This document shows positions 32,200-45,476 of a stretch of DNA of 64,000 nt, one piece after another. The DNA is from Monocercomonoides exilis PA203. Lineage: Eukaryota; Protista; Preaxostyla. Where the stretch lies: the NCBI GenBank assembly GCA_001643675.2, contig LSRY02000024.1, positions 682,001 through 746,000 of the forward strand, given 5' to 3'. Both the position numbers and the translations under genes were made by a program. The notes beneath the pieces are model-generated. The model was not told the origin of the DNA and did no database searches. It saw only the letters and a list, made by a program, of their open reading frames with translations. How positions within the stretch are numbered: position 1 is the stretch's first letter; each line of letters starts with the position of its first letter.

Positions 32200-34149
32200 A
32201 TGATGACAGAGAAGACAGAAAATCGTGAATTGTGGAAGAAGGAAACAGACAGGGCACATGGAACACAAATATTCGGCATGCCTCACGAACTTGCAGAAAA
32301 GAAGGAAGAATCTGGGGAAGAAACAGAAAAAGTGGTGTTGTCGAAATGGCAGGCAACGAAATGGATGAAGCCTTATTGGCAGACTGGAAGGAGTGGGTGG
32401 TTAAGCAGCAGCAGCACAAGCACAAGCACAAACAGTAGACCCATGGAAATTGGAAATATCAGCGAGTTGAAAGAGAAGTGCGAGTCGTCTGTACCATTCT
32501 GGGTGGAAAAGAGCGCTTCAGAGAAAGAGACAGGAATGGAATGGCAAGCACACACAGTGGTGGAGAGCGGGGCTGGATTGGGAAGAGAGCAGGAGACAGG
32601 GATATTTGGTGAAGAAAGAGAGAAAGGGATGAAAGATGAAAACAAGGGCTGTGAATGCTCAGCTCAAATGGTGCTTGAGGATATGCGGGTGAAAAGAACT
32701 GACGAAAGATGCAAAGAAATGGAGAAGGAAGAAGGAGAGGAGTGGGCAAGGGAAGAGGTGAAGAAGGAGATGGGGAAAGAGATGGAGGGGATTGGGAGGG
32801 AGAAAGGATGGAAGCTGGAAGAGAGGAAGCGGGGAGAGATGGTGAAGCGGTGGAGGTGGGAAGACTGGGAGGCAGCGGGTGGAGCAGAGGCAAGATGCAG
32901 GCAGGAGAAGAGGAAAGAACGAGTTTTGCGGTGGAGGAGGCAGGTAGAGGATGCAATGAAGCACTGGAAGGTGTTTGGAGTGTGGGTGCGGAAGGAGTGG
33001 GAAGGGATGGGAGGAGTTGCAGAATGGAGGGGAGAAGAGGCAGAGGAGGAGACTCGGATGTGGGATGAGGCAGAGAGGCATGTTTTGGAGAAGGAAACAG
33101 AAAGAGAAGAGAGTGGTGGGAAAGGTGAAAATGAGGGAATGGGAAGGGAGGAGCAGCAGGTGGAGCGGTATGAGCGAGCAAAGCGGAAGGGAGCGAAAGC
33201 AGAAGATTTGGATGCAAACACAGAGCATCCGGATCTGAGATATGGGGGATATGGAGGGGTGAGGAGGAGCAAAAGGAGCGGGAAAGACAGAGAAACGAGG
33301 AAGAAAATAGAAGAATCGCCAACAGGAACATTTCCATCAGGTCTCCTTTCGCAGATGCTTTTGGAGGAAATGGGGCAGAGAGGGGAAGGAGACGAAGGGT
33401 TATTGTTCCAAGAGGATTTGAAGCCAACAAGAAAATTGTTGGAATTTCAGCGATGGCTCGAGGCGGGTGAGATGGGAGATGGAAGTGAGGTTGAGAATGA
33501 GGGAGAAATGAGGAAGGAAGAGGAATCGGGAGAAAGGGAGATAACAAGTGAAGGAGTGAGCGGAATGTCTGGTGTTGGAGGAAAAGATGAGTGGGGAGAT
33601 TGGCTGATGAGAGGCTGGGAGAGAGAGGACGAAATGGAAGAAGATGAAAATGAAAATGCTGATGATGATATTGAAGGTTTTCGGAATGGAAGGGATGGGG
33701 AAGGAAAGAAAAGTGAGATGGCGCACATGAGGTGCTTGAGGGTGATTGCCAGTGGTGGTGGAGGAGAGAAAGGAGGAGAAGGAGAGCGTGAGTGGGAGCT
33801 TGGGGTGAGAGACCCAGAGGAGATATTGAGGAGGTTCTACGATGCAAGAAGTGGGATGAGGCAGATGAGGCGGGAGAGACGAAGGGGAAAAGGAGGGGAG
33901 GAAGGGATGAGAAAGAATGGAAATGGAGAGAGAAAGGAGATGAGGAAGGGAGCACAAGAAGAAGTAATTGTTGCAGCTTCAGTTTTGTGGATGGGGAACG
34001 AGACGAGCGAAGGACAGAGGTGGAAGCAGAGACAGATGCTGTGGTTGAAGATGGAGACGTTGAGGAAATCAATGAGCTGTGCAAGGGAAAAATTGTTTGA
34101 ACACAACCCGCTTTTTGCGCTTCGATCAGAAAGGCTGAATTGCCGATGA
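32200..34149 (+). CDS. Hypothetical Glu/Gly/Arg/Trp-rich orphan protein
   Basis: 649 codons open from ATG 32200 on a purine-rich strand where TGA is common in the other frames. Bounded by AT-rich spacers. No recognisable domain. Confidence 0.55.
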   Translation: MMTEKTENRELWKKETDRAHGTQIFGMPHELAEKKEESGEETEKVVLSKWQATKWMKPYWQTGRSGWLSSSSTSTSTNSRPMEIGNISELKEKCESSVPFWVEKSASEKETGMEWQAHTVVESGAGLGREQETGIFGEEREKGMKDENKGCECSAQMVLEDMRVKRTDERCKEMEKEEGEEWAREEVKKEMGKEMEGIGREKGWKLEERKRGEMVKRWRWEDWEAAGGAEARCRQEKRKERVLRWRRQVEDAMKHWKVFGVWVRKEWEGMGGVAEWRGEEAEEETRMWDEAERHVLEKETEREESGGKGENEGMGREEQQVERYERAKRKGAKAEDLDANTEHPDLRYGGYGGVRRSKRSGKDRETRKKIEESPTGTFPSGLLSQMLLEEMGQRGEGDEGLLFQEDLKPTRKLLEFQRWLEAGEMGDGSEVENEGEMRKEEESGEREITSEGVSGMSGVGGKDEWGDWLMRGWEREDEMEEDENENADDDIEGFRNGRDGEGKKSEMAHMRCLRVIASGGGGEKGGEGEREWELGVRDPEEILRRFYDARSGMRQMRRERRRGKGGEEGMRKNGNGERKEMRKGAQEEVIVAASVLWMGNETSEGQRWKQRQMLWLKMETLRKSMSCAREKLFEHNPLFALRSERLNCR

Positions 34150-34567
34150 GTGAATGAAGAGAATCTGACAAATGACATCAAGTTGTGATCGACCTATACA
34201 GCGCGTGCAAAAAAGGATGTGAAAGTCGAATTAAAAATTGCATTCTTTTCGTGTGAATCTGTATTGTTAACGACGATAATCATTTCAACTAATTTTTTAA
34301 TTTCCTTTTTTCGGAACTTTATAAAAATATGCTTTTTTCATGTTGATGCAAATCATTCATGATACTGTTTTAAATTTTAGAATAAGTTGAATTCTTTTTT
34401 GTTGAAGAATAAAACATCTTTATTGTGCATTTATAGATGAAAAAGATAAGATATATATTAAATGATATATTTTTTATTTCAATTCAAGTTTAAAAAACAA
34501 AAAGTATTCATTTTCGTTTTAAAAATACAAAAGAAAAAAAGAAAAAAGTCCATTTGTTGATTGACAA

Positions 34568-34889
34568 CTATCGACCTCCAAATGCTCCTGCAGCAATTGC
34601 AATTTCTCTGAAGTTTATGTACCTAAAGCGAGATGCAATTGATATCAGACGAGAACCTGATTCTGATTGAACAATATCATTCCATGTGAGACACGGTAAA
34701 GAACCTTCTTCTGGTGCTATTGAAGGGCGAATTGTTGATAGCAGTGAAATGATTGTCTGCAAAATAGATATTAAGTGATTCGTTTATTGTTAGATAAAAT
34801 AAATAAATAAATAAATAAATTAATAAATAAAGGTGATTTCATCAAATTTTGTATTACAAAAGTTAATTCATTCATTCGTTCGTTCGTTC

Positions 34890-34920
<31 letters not shown>

Positions 34921-34921
34921 A

Positions 34922-34973
<52 letters not shown>

Positions 34974-37900
34974 AAAAGAAAGAAAGAAAGAAAAAGAATA
35001 AAGTACTAAATTCAAAACAAACCTGACGGCAATATGAATAAGAAAGAGACGATCTCGCACGTTCCCGTTGAGATAATGGCAGCGCAGCACAAGGGCAAAG
35101 AAGCTCGGCAATCTTGTCGATCGGAAGAGATACACAAAGTGAAGGAACAATCGGAGCAGCTGCCATGTGAGAGAACGAAGGAGTGCGATTCAATGCAGAC
35201 GAAGAAGGACTCATCGTCACAGGCGTAATGGATGACTGCGGCTCCTGTGGCAGCGCTGGACTTCCATAAGGCGAATTCACATTCTGCGAAGCGGGTGAAG
35301 GCTGCACGCTTGCGGATAAAGACGCAGAAAAATTCACATATTTTGATCCAAAATCTTCGAGAGGAATGTTCAGCGCCTGCGAAAGCGCCTCCACTCGCTT
35401 CTGCTGCAGCCGTTCTCTTCTTCTGGCATTCAGCTTCTGGAAGAGCGCCACAGCCTCAAAGGCCTTGTGCGTTCCTTCCACCGACGAGTAGTCAAGTGAA
35501 AGTGCTGCCAAAATCTGCGCTGGATCAACCGACCGCACTGTCGTCGAAGGAAGCGAGAACGCTCCGCCTTTCCCATTCGCTGGAAGCTTCATCGATCGTC
35601 TTGTCCGTGGCACTGTTTGGGTGTGTGAAAGTCCATTGGAGTTAAGTGGGGTCACTGTGGAAGACAAGTTAGTGTGTCGTGTGGGTGTGAGTGGAGTTAA
35701 AGACGCAGGTCCATTTTGCTGGCTAGCTGAAGCTGTTGAAGTGGGATTCGTCCTTCTACCTGTAGGTGTCATGGGATCATCGGTGATCACCGGAAGCGTA
35801 TCTTTGGCTTTCAAAGTGGTGCTTCCTTGCACCTGGACAGCCCCGCTGCTGACAGGCATTGGCGGAGGAGGCGCTGTATAGTCGCTGGAAAAGAGGTCGA
35901 ACAACAGCATCTTCATCTGCGTTTCGTTGGTGACTGGATACTGCCTAACAAGCAGACGCTCCTTTGTGGATGCCATTTTGCGTAGCGCGCCAAAGGAGCC
36001 GTGTGCAGTTGATGTGTATGATGCTATTGATCGCACAGAAGGCGATGAAGGTGTCGCAGCCAGCGACAGCTGAGACACTCCGTGTGATGGATGCTGCGGT
36101 GCCATCGAGCGCTCGTTTTCGTCATACATCTTGGAGTAATCGAAGGGCTCGTCTCCCTTTCTTCCTTTGATCAAATGATTCAAATCACCGTTGTGCGAAG
36201 AGGACTGAACACTTGTGGCAGAAAATTCTGCCTTCTTCTTCTTCCTTTCGCCAAACAAAAGTGATATCTCGTCTCCTTCGTGCCCCAGCCCGTCCAGCTC
36301 CCTTTCTTCCAAGATGCGCATCTGCTCCTCTGTCCATTCAGCATCCGCATCAACTGGATCATCAATGTGCGCAAACAGCTCTTCGCGTTCATCGGCTCCA
36401 TCAGGCTTCGTCTCCTGCTTTGCCTGCCAGCTGTTTTTGCTCTTCCCGTGCGGTTTTGACGATCTGCTTCTGTCTTTCTCTTTCTCTCTCTTCTTTCCAA
36501 ATGAATAAACATTGTCTTCAAAGAACAGCGGAAGCGTCGCAAAGCGGCGCCTTGTGATTCTTCCGTTGAAGTCAGTCCATTTTGAGTAGTGGACAGACAA
36601 TGCCAGTATTTCCTGTGCAGATGCAGGGCGAGGAAGAATGAGTCCAACAATAAACAGCCTCCAGTCGCAGTGGCTGTGTGTAATAGGCGCAGGAGACAGC
36701 TCTCGTGAGGGAGAAGGAATGCTCACGCTGTTGCGAAGTGAAGGAGATACAGCCAAGATTGCATTGGAAGAAAATGACGGGTGTGTCACTTCAATTGGAT
36801 GAGGAGAGGAGAATGAGTGTCTCTGCTGTGTTGGTGGCATGGAAATAACAGCTGGCGCAGCCTCAGAAACTTCAGATGCACAAACTTGTTCTCCATTGTC
36901 CTGTTTGTTAAACTGGTGTGGCATCTCCCCTTCCACATTCAGGGTCTGTGTGAAAGGACAGCAAAGTTGCTCAGCCAATTTTTGGATAAGAGAAACTGGA
37001 AGGAAGCGCCAAAGAGGTGGAAACAATGGAGGAATGGAAGAAGGTGTAGTGAAGTTGACTCGTGGAGTGAGGAGTGAAGAAGAAAATGCTGGAGAACCGA
37101 TGCGAACAGAAGAATTGACAGAAAGAGAACTGCCTGAACTGCTGCTGGCTGAAGGAGTCTGTGCTGGAAAAGCGACTTGTTTGCTTGGCGATGGCATTGG
37201 AAACGGATTGCGCTCGTGGGAGACAGGTACTTGGCTGCACTGCTCAAACGCCCGCTGCACAAACCCGTCGGTTCCGTTGATGCACTCCAGGCAAACACGA
37301 GTGAACTGGGACGGATGACAGAGACCAGTTGTGGAAAGAGAAGAAAGCGCAATACGCAGCAGATTGGCGTAGAAGGGAGACACAGCAGCAATGCCTGGCG
37401 GTGTGCGCAGAGGATGTGGCGGGCGAAGCGGAATCAGACTCGCAGTTGATGTGGAGGATGAGAGGGATGTTGCTATTCCGTGTGTTGAAAGAATTCCCCG
37501 TGGTGAGAGAGGTGTTGCAACTGGTTTTTCGCCTGTGCTGCTGGCACTCTTCAGTGTGCTTGACCGAAGAGATCCTCCAACCTGAGGCTTTTCTGCAGAG
37601 CCTTCTAAGCTCTTTTCTTGTTCGTTTCTAATCCGCTCTCTCTCCTTTCGCTCTCTTTCGTTGTCCTTCTCTGTGTTCACCCAGCGCAGAGCATTTCTCT
37701 TCGCTCTGTGTGAAGGTGTATCAAATGGGTGTGCATGCAGTGGATCCGTCCAATGCGAATAGATGCGTGTGTATCGCAAGTCAGGCTGCGACAGTCTCGT
37801 TGGTTTCTCCTCTGATGCAGCGTCTGGAGTGATTGGTGTGATTGCTCCCATTGAAGCACGCAGTGGATGCTGCGGAGATGTCACACGAGGCGACATCTGG

Positions 37901-40900
37901 CTGTGCTGCTCAGCAAACGACGAGTTGTCTGGAGATGGTGCAGGAAGCGGGGATTCTCCTTCATCTGACTCAGACTCCGAGTTGTCGTCCCATTCGCGCT
38001 CGTCGTGCATATCCAGCTCGCTTTCGTCCTGCAGCAGCTCGCTCACATCGCCAAACGGATCGGCAAAGCCAGGCGAAGAGCCATTCTCCACCACTGCAAC
38101 AGCCGCTGACGCATCAGAGCGGTGGCTCCCGGGCTCCGCGGAGTCGCCTCTTGCTTTGCTCTTCAGCTTCTGCTCGACAGATGACTTGATCTTCAGAGCA
38201 TTCCATGCGCTGCAGTCACGCATCTTGCTTCTTTCTCTCTTTATAACACTGGCAGCATCTGTGCTTACAGCAAGCGAATCATCATGCGCTAGCTTCTTCT
38301 CAACCGCCTTGAACTCTCTCAGCACATCTTTGTGCTTCGCGTCCTGTGCTGCCTTCCTTCTCCTTTCTGACTCCAGACTTTTGCTCATATCGCTGCTGAT
38401 GTCCAGGAGCGTGCCTGAGTTCATGTTGAATATCAAGTCGGACTCCTTCAGCTCCTGCCCTTCCATCGAACCCTGTTGCTTTTCTGGCTCAGCATCTATC
38501 GCTCTGAACAGTCCCGTCTTCGCATCGAGGAACGCGCCGACTCCCTCTCCGCTCATCTCGCCAGACTCCAGACGGTTCAGCAGCGTCTTCATCCAGTGCT
38601 CTGTAAACTCTGGTGCAGCTATCGACGACTGGAGCGGGTCATTGCCTGAATGTGCATGCTCCCTCAGCTTCGCCTGCTGAGACAGGCGCTGCTGCTGCCG
38701 CGACTGCTCAATCAGAAACGTGGCAGCGTCTTCGTCTGTCTCGTCGTCGTCGTCCCGCCCTTCTCTGGACTCTATGATGGTCTCACTGCGGTCAATCAGC
38801 ACACGCCCTCCGCGTATCCGAATCTTCTCTCTGATGATTTCTCCGCCTTCCTCAATCGCTATTCCGAACAGGAACTGCAGTGTGGACAAGGATTGCAAGT
38901 CGCGGAACAGCTTCTGCCGGCTCCAGCGGTCGATGGCTTCAGAAAGAGAGGAGCAGGCTGTGGCGCAGGAGTGGATGACGGTGACTGCCTGGTGCAAGAT
39001 CTGCTGCATTCTTGTGCGCGACTCGCTGATCAGCTGCAGACACGTCTGGTCTCTTTCGGCTGCTGTGAAGAAGGAGGCTGAAATTGGAGTGAAAGGAGAT
39101 TTTTGTGGTTGAGAAGAGGAAGGCAATGATTGTGATGATGATGGTAATGAAGATGATATTTGAGAATTGGGGAAAGAAGAAGCAGAGGAAGCTGATAGAT
39201 TCGATATTGATGATGCATTTGAAACAGAAGAAGTCGTGTCCTGTTGTGAACCTGCTGAAGATGAAGCAGATGCAGAAGAAGAAGAAGAGAAAGCAGGGTT
39301 ATTAGACAGCACATCAAATGTAATAGCAGGCGGAAGCATCGAAACGAGACCTGTGGAGGAGGAGCATGCAGAGTATGACACACACAAATCTGACATGTGC
39401 GGATTAATTCGGCAAAGCGATGCTAATTTCTCCGGAAGCGGAGGATACACAAATGGCGGTGGTGCTGGTTTCTGCTCTTCTTCTTCGGCTTCTTCAAGTT
39501 TGGCGTCTTTGCCCTTTCCTCCTTTTGCTGTTTTGCCAGCTTTGCCTGCTGCTGATGATGCAGCAGTCGAATCCTTTTCTTTGCCTCGCTGTGTCAAATC
39601 TGCTCTTTTAGCATCCTTCTTCGGGCTTTTTGGCATATCCCCCGAGCTGCTGGCTGGTCTTTCACCGTCTGCTGACTGAAGCGATGCCAATCTTTCTCTC
39701 TCGCTCGCTTCTGCTGCTTCTCTTTCCTCTGCCTCCTTTCGCTTCCGCTCTTCCTCAATCTCCCTCTCATGTGCTTCTCTCCTCTCCTTCACTGCTCTTA
39801 TCCCACTCTCCAGTGCATTCAGCACTGTGTGTGCTGACCCCAACAGACTCAACGTCTGCTCCTTCAGCAGAGACGGAGGCAGCTGGGCAAATGGCTGCAG
39901 GCTTTGTGCCAATGAAGAGCGATCGGATCCTTCCTCACCATCTTTGCTTGCTCCGCCTGATGAAGAAGATGCCGATGAAGATGTAGAAGAAGAAGATGAT
40001 GATGAAGCTCCAGTTTTCGTTCCCTTTTTCGTTTCTTTTCCAGTTGGTGTTGTTGGAGGCACAAGGATATCTTCCATTCCATTGTTTGGCGTCATCGAAG
40101 AGACGATGCTGTTCAGAAGCAGAATTGCCTCGTTGCCCTTCTCTCCTTCCTTTTCTGTCTTCCCTTTGATCTTCTCCTTCCTCACCCACTTCACAAACGG
40201 AACCCCAAAGAACGGCAGCTTCATAAACGCTGACTCTGCCTCTCTCAATTCCTGCTCTGCTGACTCTGCTGCTGCTGCCGCCGCAGCCGCTGCACCTTTG
40301 TCTTTTCCTCCTCCTCCTGCTCCTCCTGCTGCTTTTTCTGTGTTCTTCTTCGCCTGCCCTCCTTTCTTCCCGTCTTTGCCCGTTCCACTTCCGGTTTCTC
40401 CATCGTCCTTCCATTCTCCTGCTGGGACATCGGGATATGCACAGCTTCTGAGATACTTGCTCTCCATCTCACTTGCCACTGCTCCGTCAAACAGAGCCAC
40501 ACCATCACCCAATGTGTACGGAGGATACGAAGGTACCTCCTGTCTGCTTGTCTCTGCAAGTGTTTTGTCCTTCGCTGTCTTCTTCTCTTCAGCTGCAGCA
40601 GATGCCAGCGGCTGTGGAATGATTGGCGTGTCGCGTGGATCGATGGGGAGCCCGCGAATGGCACAGCAGTAGTCAAACAGAAGACGAAGGAAGTTGATGA
40701 TCCTTGTGATCTCTGCAGTGGCTACTGCTTCCAGACACAGGCCAACAAGGTCTGTCAGCTTGGGAACAAGTGTGGCTGATACAAACGAAGCGAGATGAAT
40801 CGCCCTCTGCTCAGACACGCTCCGCTGCTTCATGAAGATGTATCTGATCGCAGACAGCGACTCCACAAGCCTCAGGTGCATCTCCTCTTTCGTCAGCGGG

Positions 40901-43900
40901 TGCGACCGCAGCGCCAGCGGAAACGCCGACAGCGACGCCAAAGAAGACTGCAGCGCTGTCACAATGCCGTCAACACGGAAGTCGCGCCGGCTGAGCTCTT
41001 CCTTCGCGTGGCGTGCCTGTTTCGAGAGGATGCGTGCCACAAGCGACCGAATGCCCATCAGACATCTGAAGGCACCGCCGATCACCTGGTCGAACTGTTT
41101 CTCGCTCGACTCGAACTCCGCCAGCAGCAGCGTCGCCACTTTGGAAGAGACACGAGGCAGCGTGCGGAGCAGAGGAAATCCGCCTTTGTGCCGCATCGTC
41201 AGCACCTCAGAGGCTGAGGAGAAGGCTGTGCGGGAGCTGCTCATGGCTTCGATCAGCTGAAGCAGGCGAGTCCTTTCCCGCTCTTCCTGAAGCTGCTTCT
41301 GAAGGACATCGATGCGCTTAGCACGGTCGGCTGCTTTCATCGCGTTTCTCTGTGCTGCTTCTTCTTCTCTCTTCTTCCGCGTCTCTTCGTCTTCGTTCGG
41401 GTCAATCAACAGAGACGGATCATCCACTTCTTCTTTCTCTGCTTTTGCCCCTTTCCCTGTCTTGCCCTTCGCAGCTGTTTTTCCCTTCCCACCCAAACTC
41501 TTATCACTGCTCCCTGGTCTTCCTCCTTGTTTTGAGCGAGATGTATCTAATTTCCCTCCTTTCCCTGTCTTCTCCTCTGCTTGCTCACTTCCTTCTGCTG
41601 GTTGAGGTGGAGGTGGTGGAGCATACAGCACATCCAGCGCCTCGTCGATTGCCTTCACTGCCTTCTGGTCGAGCTCTTCTTCAGTCGGCAGAGGAACTGG
41701 AATCAGATCCAGGCTTTGCATCGGAGGGAAAGGCGTGAGCGCTTCCAGCTTCTGCTGCAGATGGCTAAGCAATCTTCGCACAACATGCTGTTTCAAGTGA
41801 CGTGGGGATGAGAAAAGCGATAGCGGAATCACATCGAAGCATCCACACAGCTCTCCGTACCATTTTTCAAAGAGACGTCTTTCGGTGCGGAACTGGTTGT
41901 ATTGGGCATGCAGAAGAGTGAGGGTGGAAGGAGTGAGGGTGTGTTCAGGGAATGTGGAGACTGAATCCTTAAATGTGTCAGGCAGCTCCACATCCAGCCC
42001 TTGTTGTGCCCTTTCTTTCCTCTCCTTTTCTTTCTTCTCTTTCTCCATTCTTTCTCTCTCTGAATCTCCTTTCCTCCTCCTCCACACCATCTTCTCCTTC
42101 CTCACACTCGCAAAGCCATCATCTGAAGCCCGGCTGATACAGTCGCTTTCGCTGCTGTCTACACACAGCACAGCATCAAAGCAGCTTATCGCTGGAAACT
42201 CGTTCGCATCCTCTGCCCATCCCGCTGGTGGCAGCAGCTCTTTATTCAGAAGAGCCATCCGCTTCGACAGCTCAGACTGTGGCTCAGCCACTTCTTCCTT
42301 TGGTATCACTGGATGTCCCAGTCTTTTCTCTCTTTCTTCTTCTCTCTCTTCTCTTTCTCGCTCTTTCCTGACTCTTTCTTCTTCCTCTGCAGTCTCAATC
42401 TCCTTGATGGCCGGGTGCACATGCTCATCCAGCGTCAGCAGCCGCTCCAGCTGCGCCGCCTGCAGCGCATTCTGAGGGAAGCCGTCGAGAATGATGCCTC
42501 CCAAAAATGGATAGCTGGCATCATACACAGGCGGGGGTGGTGCAAGCAGAGAAGAAGATGTCAGAGAAGATGACGCAGCAGACAGCTGGGGCAATGGAGT
42601 GACAGAAGGTGTGATAGAAAACGGTGTCTGCGCTGATGGGATTGGCGTTGGGGCGAATGAGTAAGTGACAGAGGCAGTCGTGCTGCTGGCTCCACTCTGC
42701 GGTGAGTGTGCAGCAGACGTAAATGAAACAGTCGAAGCAGCTCGCTGCATTTCTGGATGAGCACCGCTTTCACTTTCATCGGAATGAAGATGCGTCTGCA
42801 TCTGACTCAGCATCTTCGCACATTCTTCAGCTTTCGCCAGGTCTTCTGCTGAGAGGCGGAACACGCTCTCGATCCGACTCACAGTTGTGTCTCCGTCATC
42901 TTCATCGTCACTCACATTCGCTTCGACCACTTCTTCCTCGTCCATTTCTTCCTCTTCGTCCTCTTCCTCTGCTTTTCTACCTCCCAAATGTGCATCGCCC
43001 ATCCCCGTTCTCCTCTTTCCTCTCTTCTTCTTGTTCTTCTTCGGAGTCCGCTTGATCTTCTTGATCCTGTTGCAATACTCCCTCGCTATCTCTTTAATCA
43101 CATTCGGATCTTCTCCTCTCTCTTTGATGCGATGTCTAAGGGATGTTGGAGGATCTGGTGGGACAGTCAGCTCAATCAGCTTCTCTGTCAGTGACTCCAG
43201 TGAAGGTGGAGGTGGAGGAGGAGGAGGAGAATCAACAGAAGGAGAAGAAGAAGAAGAAGAAGATTCAGCTGTGGTATTGGGAAGTGTGGACGGAACGTTT
43301 GCAGCTGCTGACGCAGTTTCTGTTGGTTGAGCAGCCAATACATCTTCAGACAAAGCAGATGGAGGCACGTTTTGTGCAGATGGATCTGTCATTCCCTGAG
43401 ACTGTGATTGTTCTTGTTGTTCTTCTTCACTTCCTTGTTCATTCTCAGCCACTGCATCCATCGCCGCTATCTCCTTCTTTCTTCTCTCTTCCTCCTCCTG
43501 CTGCTGCTGCGCATAGAAGAGCGCCTTCCAGTTCATTCTGCACCGCTCTGAGTCGATCAGAATGCACTCAGCCACAACAGACGTAGTCAGCTCGTCAGAC
43601 AGCTCTTCTCCTTCAGTCAGCTGCTGGTGCACAATCGCTCCAAGCTTTTGGAGAAGCACTGAATGGCCGCGGGAGAGAAGAGAAGAGGAAAAAGAAGAGG
43701 AGGATGAGGATGAAGTGTTGGCTGTGATGGAAGAGTGGACAGATGGTTCTAATGATGAAGAAGACGAGGTAGATGGAATGGACGATGAGGCAGATGCTGA
43801 TCCAGATGTGTTTGAAGTGTTTGAAGCATCCAAAGAAGATGAATTAGAAGAAGAAGAAGATGATGATGATGATGATGATGAAGCAGAAGAAGAAGCATCA

Positions 43901-45306
43901 GTTGCATTCAGCACAGGAACTCCAGCAGCCTCGAGTGCTCTGCTGATTGCCGACTGCACCGAAATCAGCGAGAGCGACAGATCTGCTGCGACGGCGCGTG
44001 CCATCCGCGTCTTCCCGCTTTTTGGAGGTCCGACGACAGACACGAAGATGGGAACGAACAAAGTCGAAGGGTTGTTGTGCGACCGCTTCCGGATGCGCGA
44101 CTCGGTTGGCCCGCGGAAGGTGGACTCGAACAGCAGGTGCGACAGCGCACGTGACAGCACCGGAGGATACAGCGACGGCGCGTGCTTCTCAGCAGTTGTT
44201 TGTGGAGGAGGAATGGGAAATGAGCCTGATGATGCAGGGCGCGAAGATGGAAGAGGAGTTGATGGGTCGGAAAGTGAGTGGTGTGCGTCTCTGGAGACAT
44301 CGATGATTTGTGAAGTGATACCGCTCCCCATCTTGTATTCACGCACATGCTCCGCTGTGATAGCACTGAGCTCGTCGTTTTCCTCGTCAGACTCAGACAC
44401 ACCTTCATCGTCATCGTCAGATTCAGATCCAGAAGAAGGAGAAGGTGGAAGATTAATTGCTTCGATCGCTTTATCCACCGCGTTCAAAGTTGTTCCAAAT
44501 GCAAATGTTTGTCTCCATTGATATGTCATTAACTCTTGATTGAAACCTAGTCCATTTGCCTTGGCGTCAACCATCAGCAGAGAAAGATCAACAATATCAT
44601 CAACAACTTTATGGCAGAATCTTTCAGAAGATGCATGAGAATTTTCCATGTGGGCAATTTGAAGTGCCTTGATTTTTTCTTGCGTCTCCATCTGTGCATT
44701 ATCTTCATCTGCCATTACGCTCATATTTCCTTCCATTATTCTCCTGTGAGCATTTTCTTTTTCTCTTATTCGCTGTTGATCGATTAAATCTTCTCTTGCA
44801 GCTCTATTCTTTTTAATACGTTCTTTTTCATGTCGCACAGTTGCTAATCGCGAAGTGAGTTCATATTCAACTCTTGATTCTTGAAATGCATGAGACTGAA
44901 ATAGATTAGTCACCTGACCCAGCATTTGCCCCTGATGAAAATGCAATAAATCATCGAATATACGATTTCTTCTTTTAGTTTCAATCATCCTACGAATCTC
45001 TATATCTTCCCATTTGTTTTTCACTGATTCAATAAATGAAGATCCTTCTTTTTCTGTTTTATCAGCGTTTTGAGCCATTTTGCAAAGTCCGCGAAAGTGT
45101 TGAATAGGATCCTCAGCATTAACGCGAGGTTTCTATGTTGATAAAAATGATTGATTGCAAAAGGTAAAGAAAATAAATTCGAAAAAACGAATGAAATTAA
45201 ATAATTTAAAACAAACCAATGGATCTTTTATTTTTGATGATGACTTTTTTCCTTGAAGTTTTGCATCGAAAGCATCGAGCTCGTCAAGTACGGCTCGTTT
45301 GTTCAT
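34568..45306 (-). CDS. SPEF2: SPEF2/CPC1/KPL2-like central-pair flagellar protein with adenylate-kinase-like domain (3 exons, ~3460 aa)
   Basis: LATVRHEKERIKKNRAARE (SPEF2 LMHVRHEKEVLWQNRIFRE), FCHKVVDDIVDLS, P-loop VVGPPKSGKT, GIILDGFPQNALQAAQLERLLT, C-terminal DWRLFIVG and GRITRRRFATLPLFF. ATG 45306, one short 5' intron, and last intron 34757-35022 joining to exon TIISLL...FGGR-TAG. Confidence 0.88.
34889..34996. repeat. Poly-A plus (AAAG)n microsatellite inside the last SPEF2 intron
   Basis: Visible A-run followed by tetramer repeats. (AAAT)n also present near 34797-34830. Confidence 0.9.
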
Positions 45307-45476
45307 CAAAGATCTTTAAAGATTTATAAGAACGGTTCTCCCTATATTTTTTTAATAAATGATCTCAAAGATCAAAGAATCAATTTTTTGAAAGTTCAAG
45401 TTTGTATTAAACTGAATAGGTTAAAAAATTGAGAAAATAAAAATAATTGTAAAAGGCAAGATCAAGGTTTTCAATT

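Noticed and set aside
32459-34171. 570-aa minus-strand ORF
   Set aside because: A pyrimidine-rich strand is intrinsically poor in stop codons and the product is Ser/Pro/Leu low-complexity. The + ORF is the better candidate, though strand is unproven.
34888-35022. Phe-rich C-terminus of the 3396-aa ORF resembling a TM segment
   Set aside because: Read-through into the (CTTT)n/poly-T intron. Splicing to 34756 gives a normal C-terminus.
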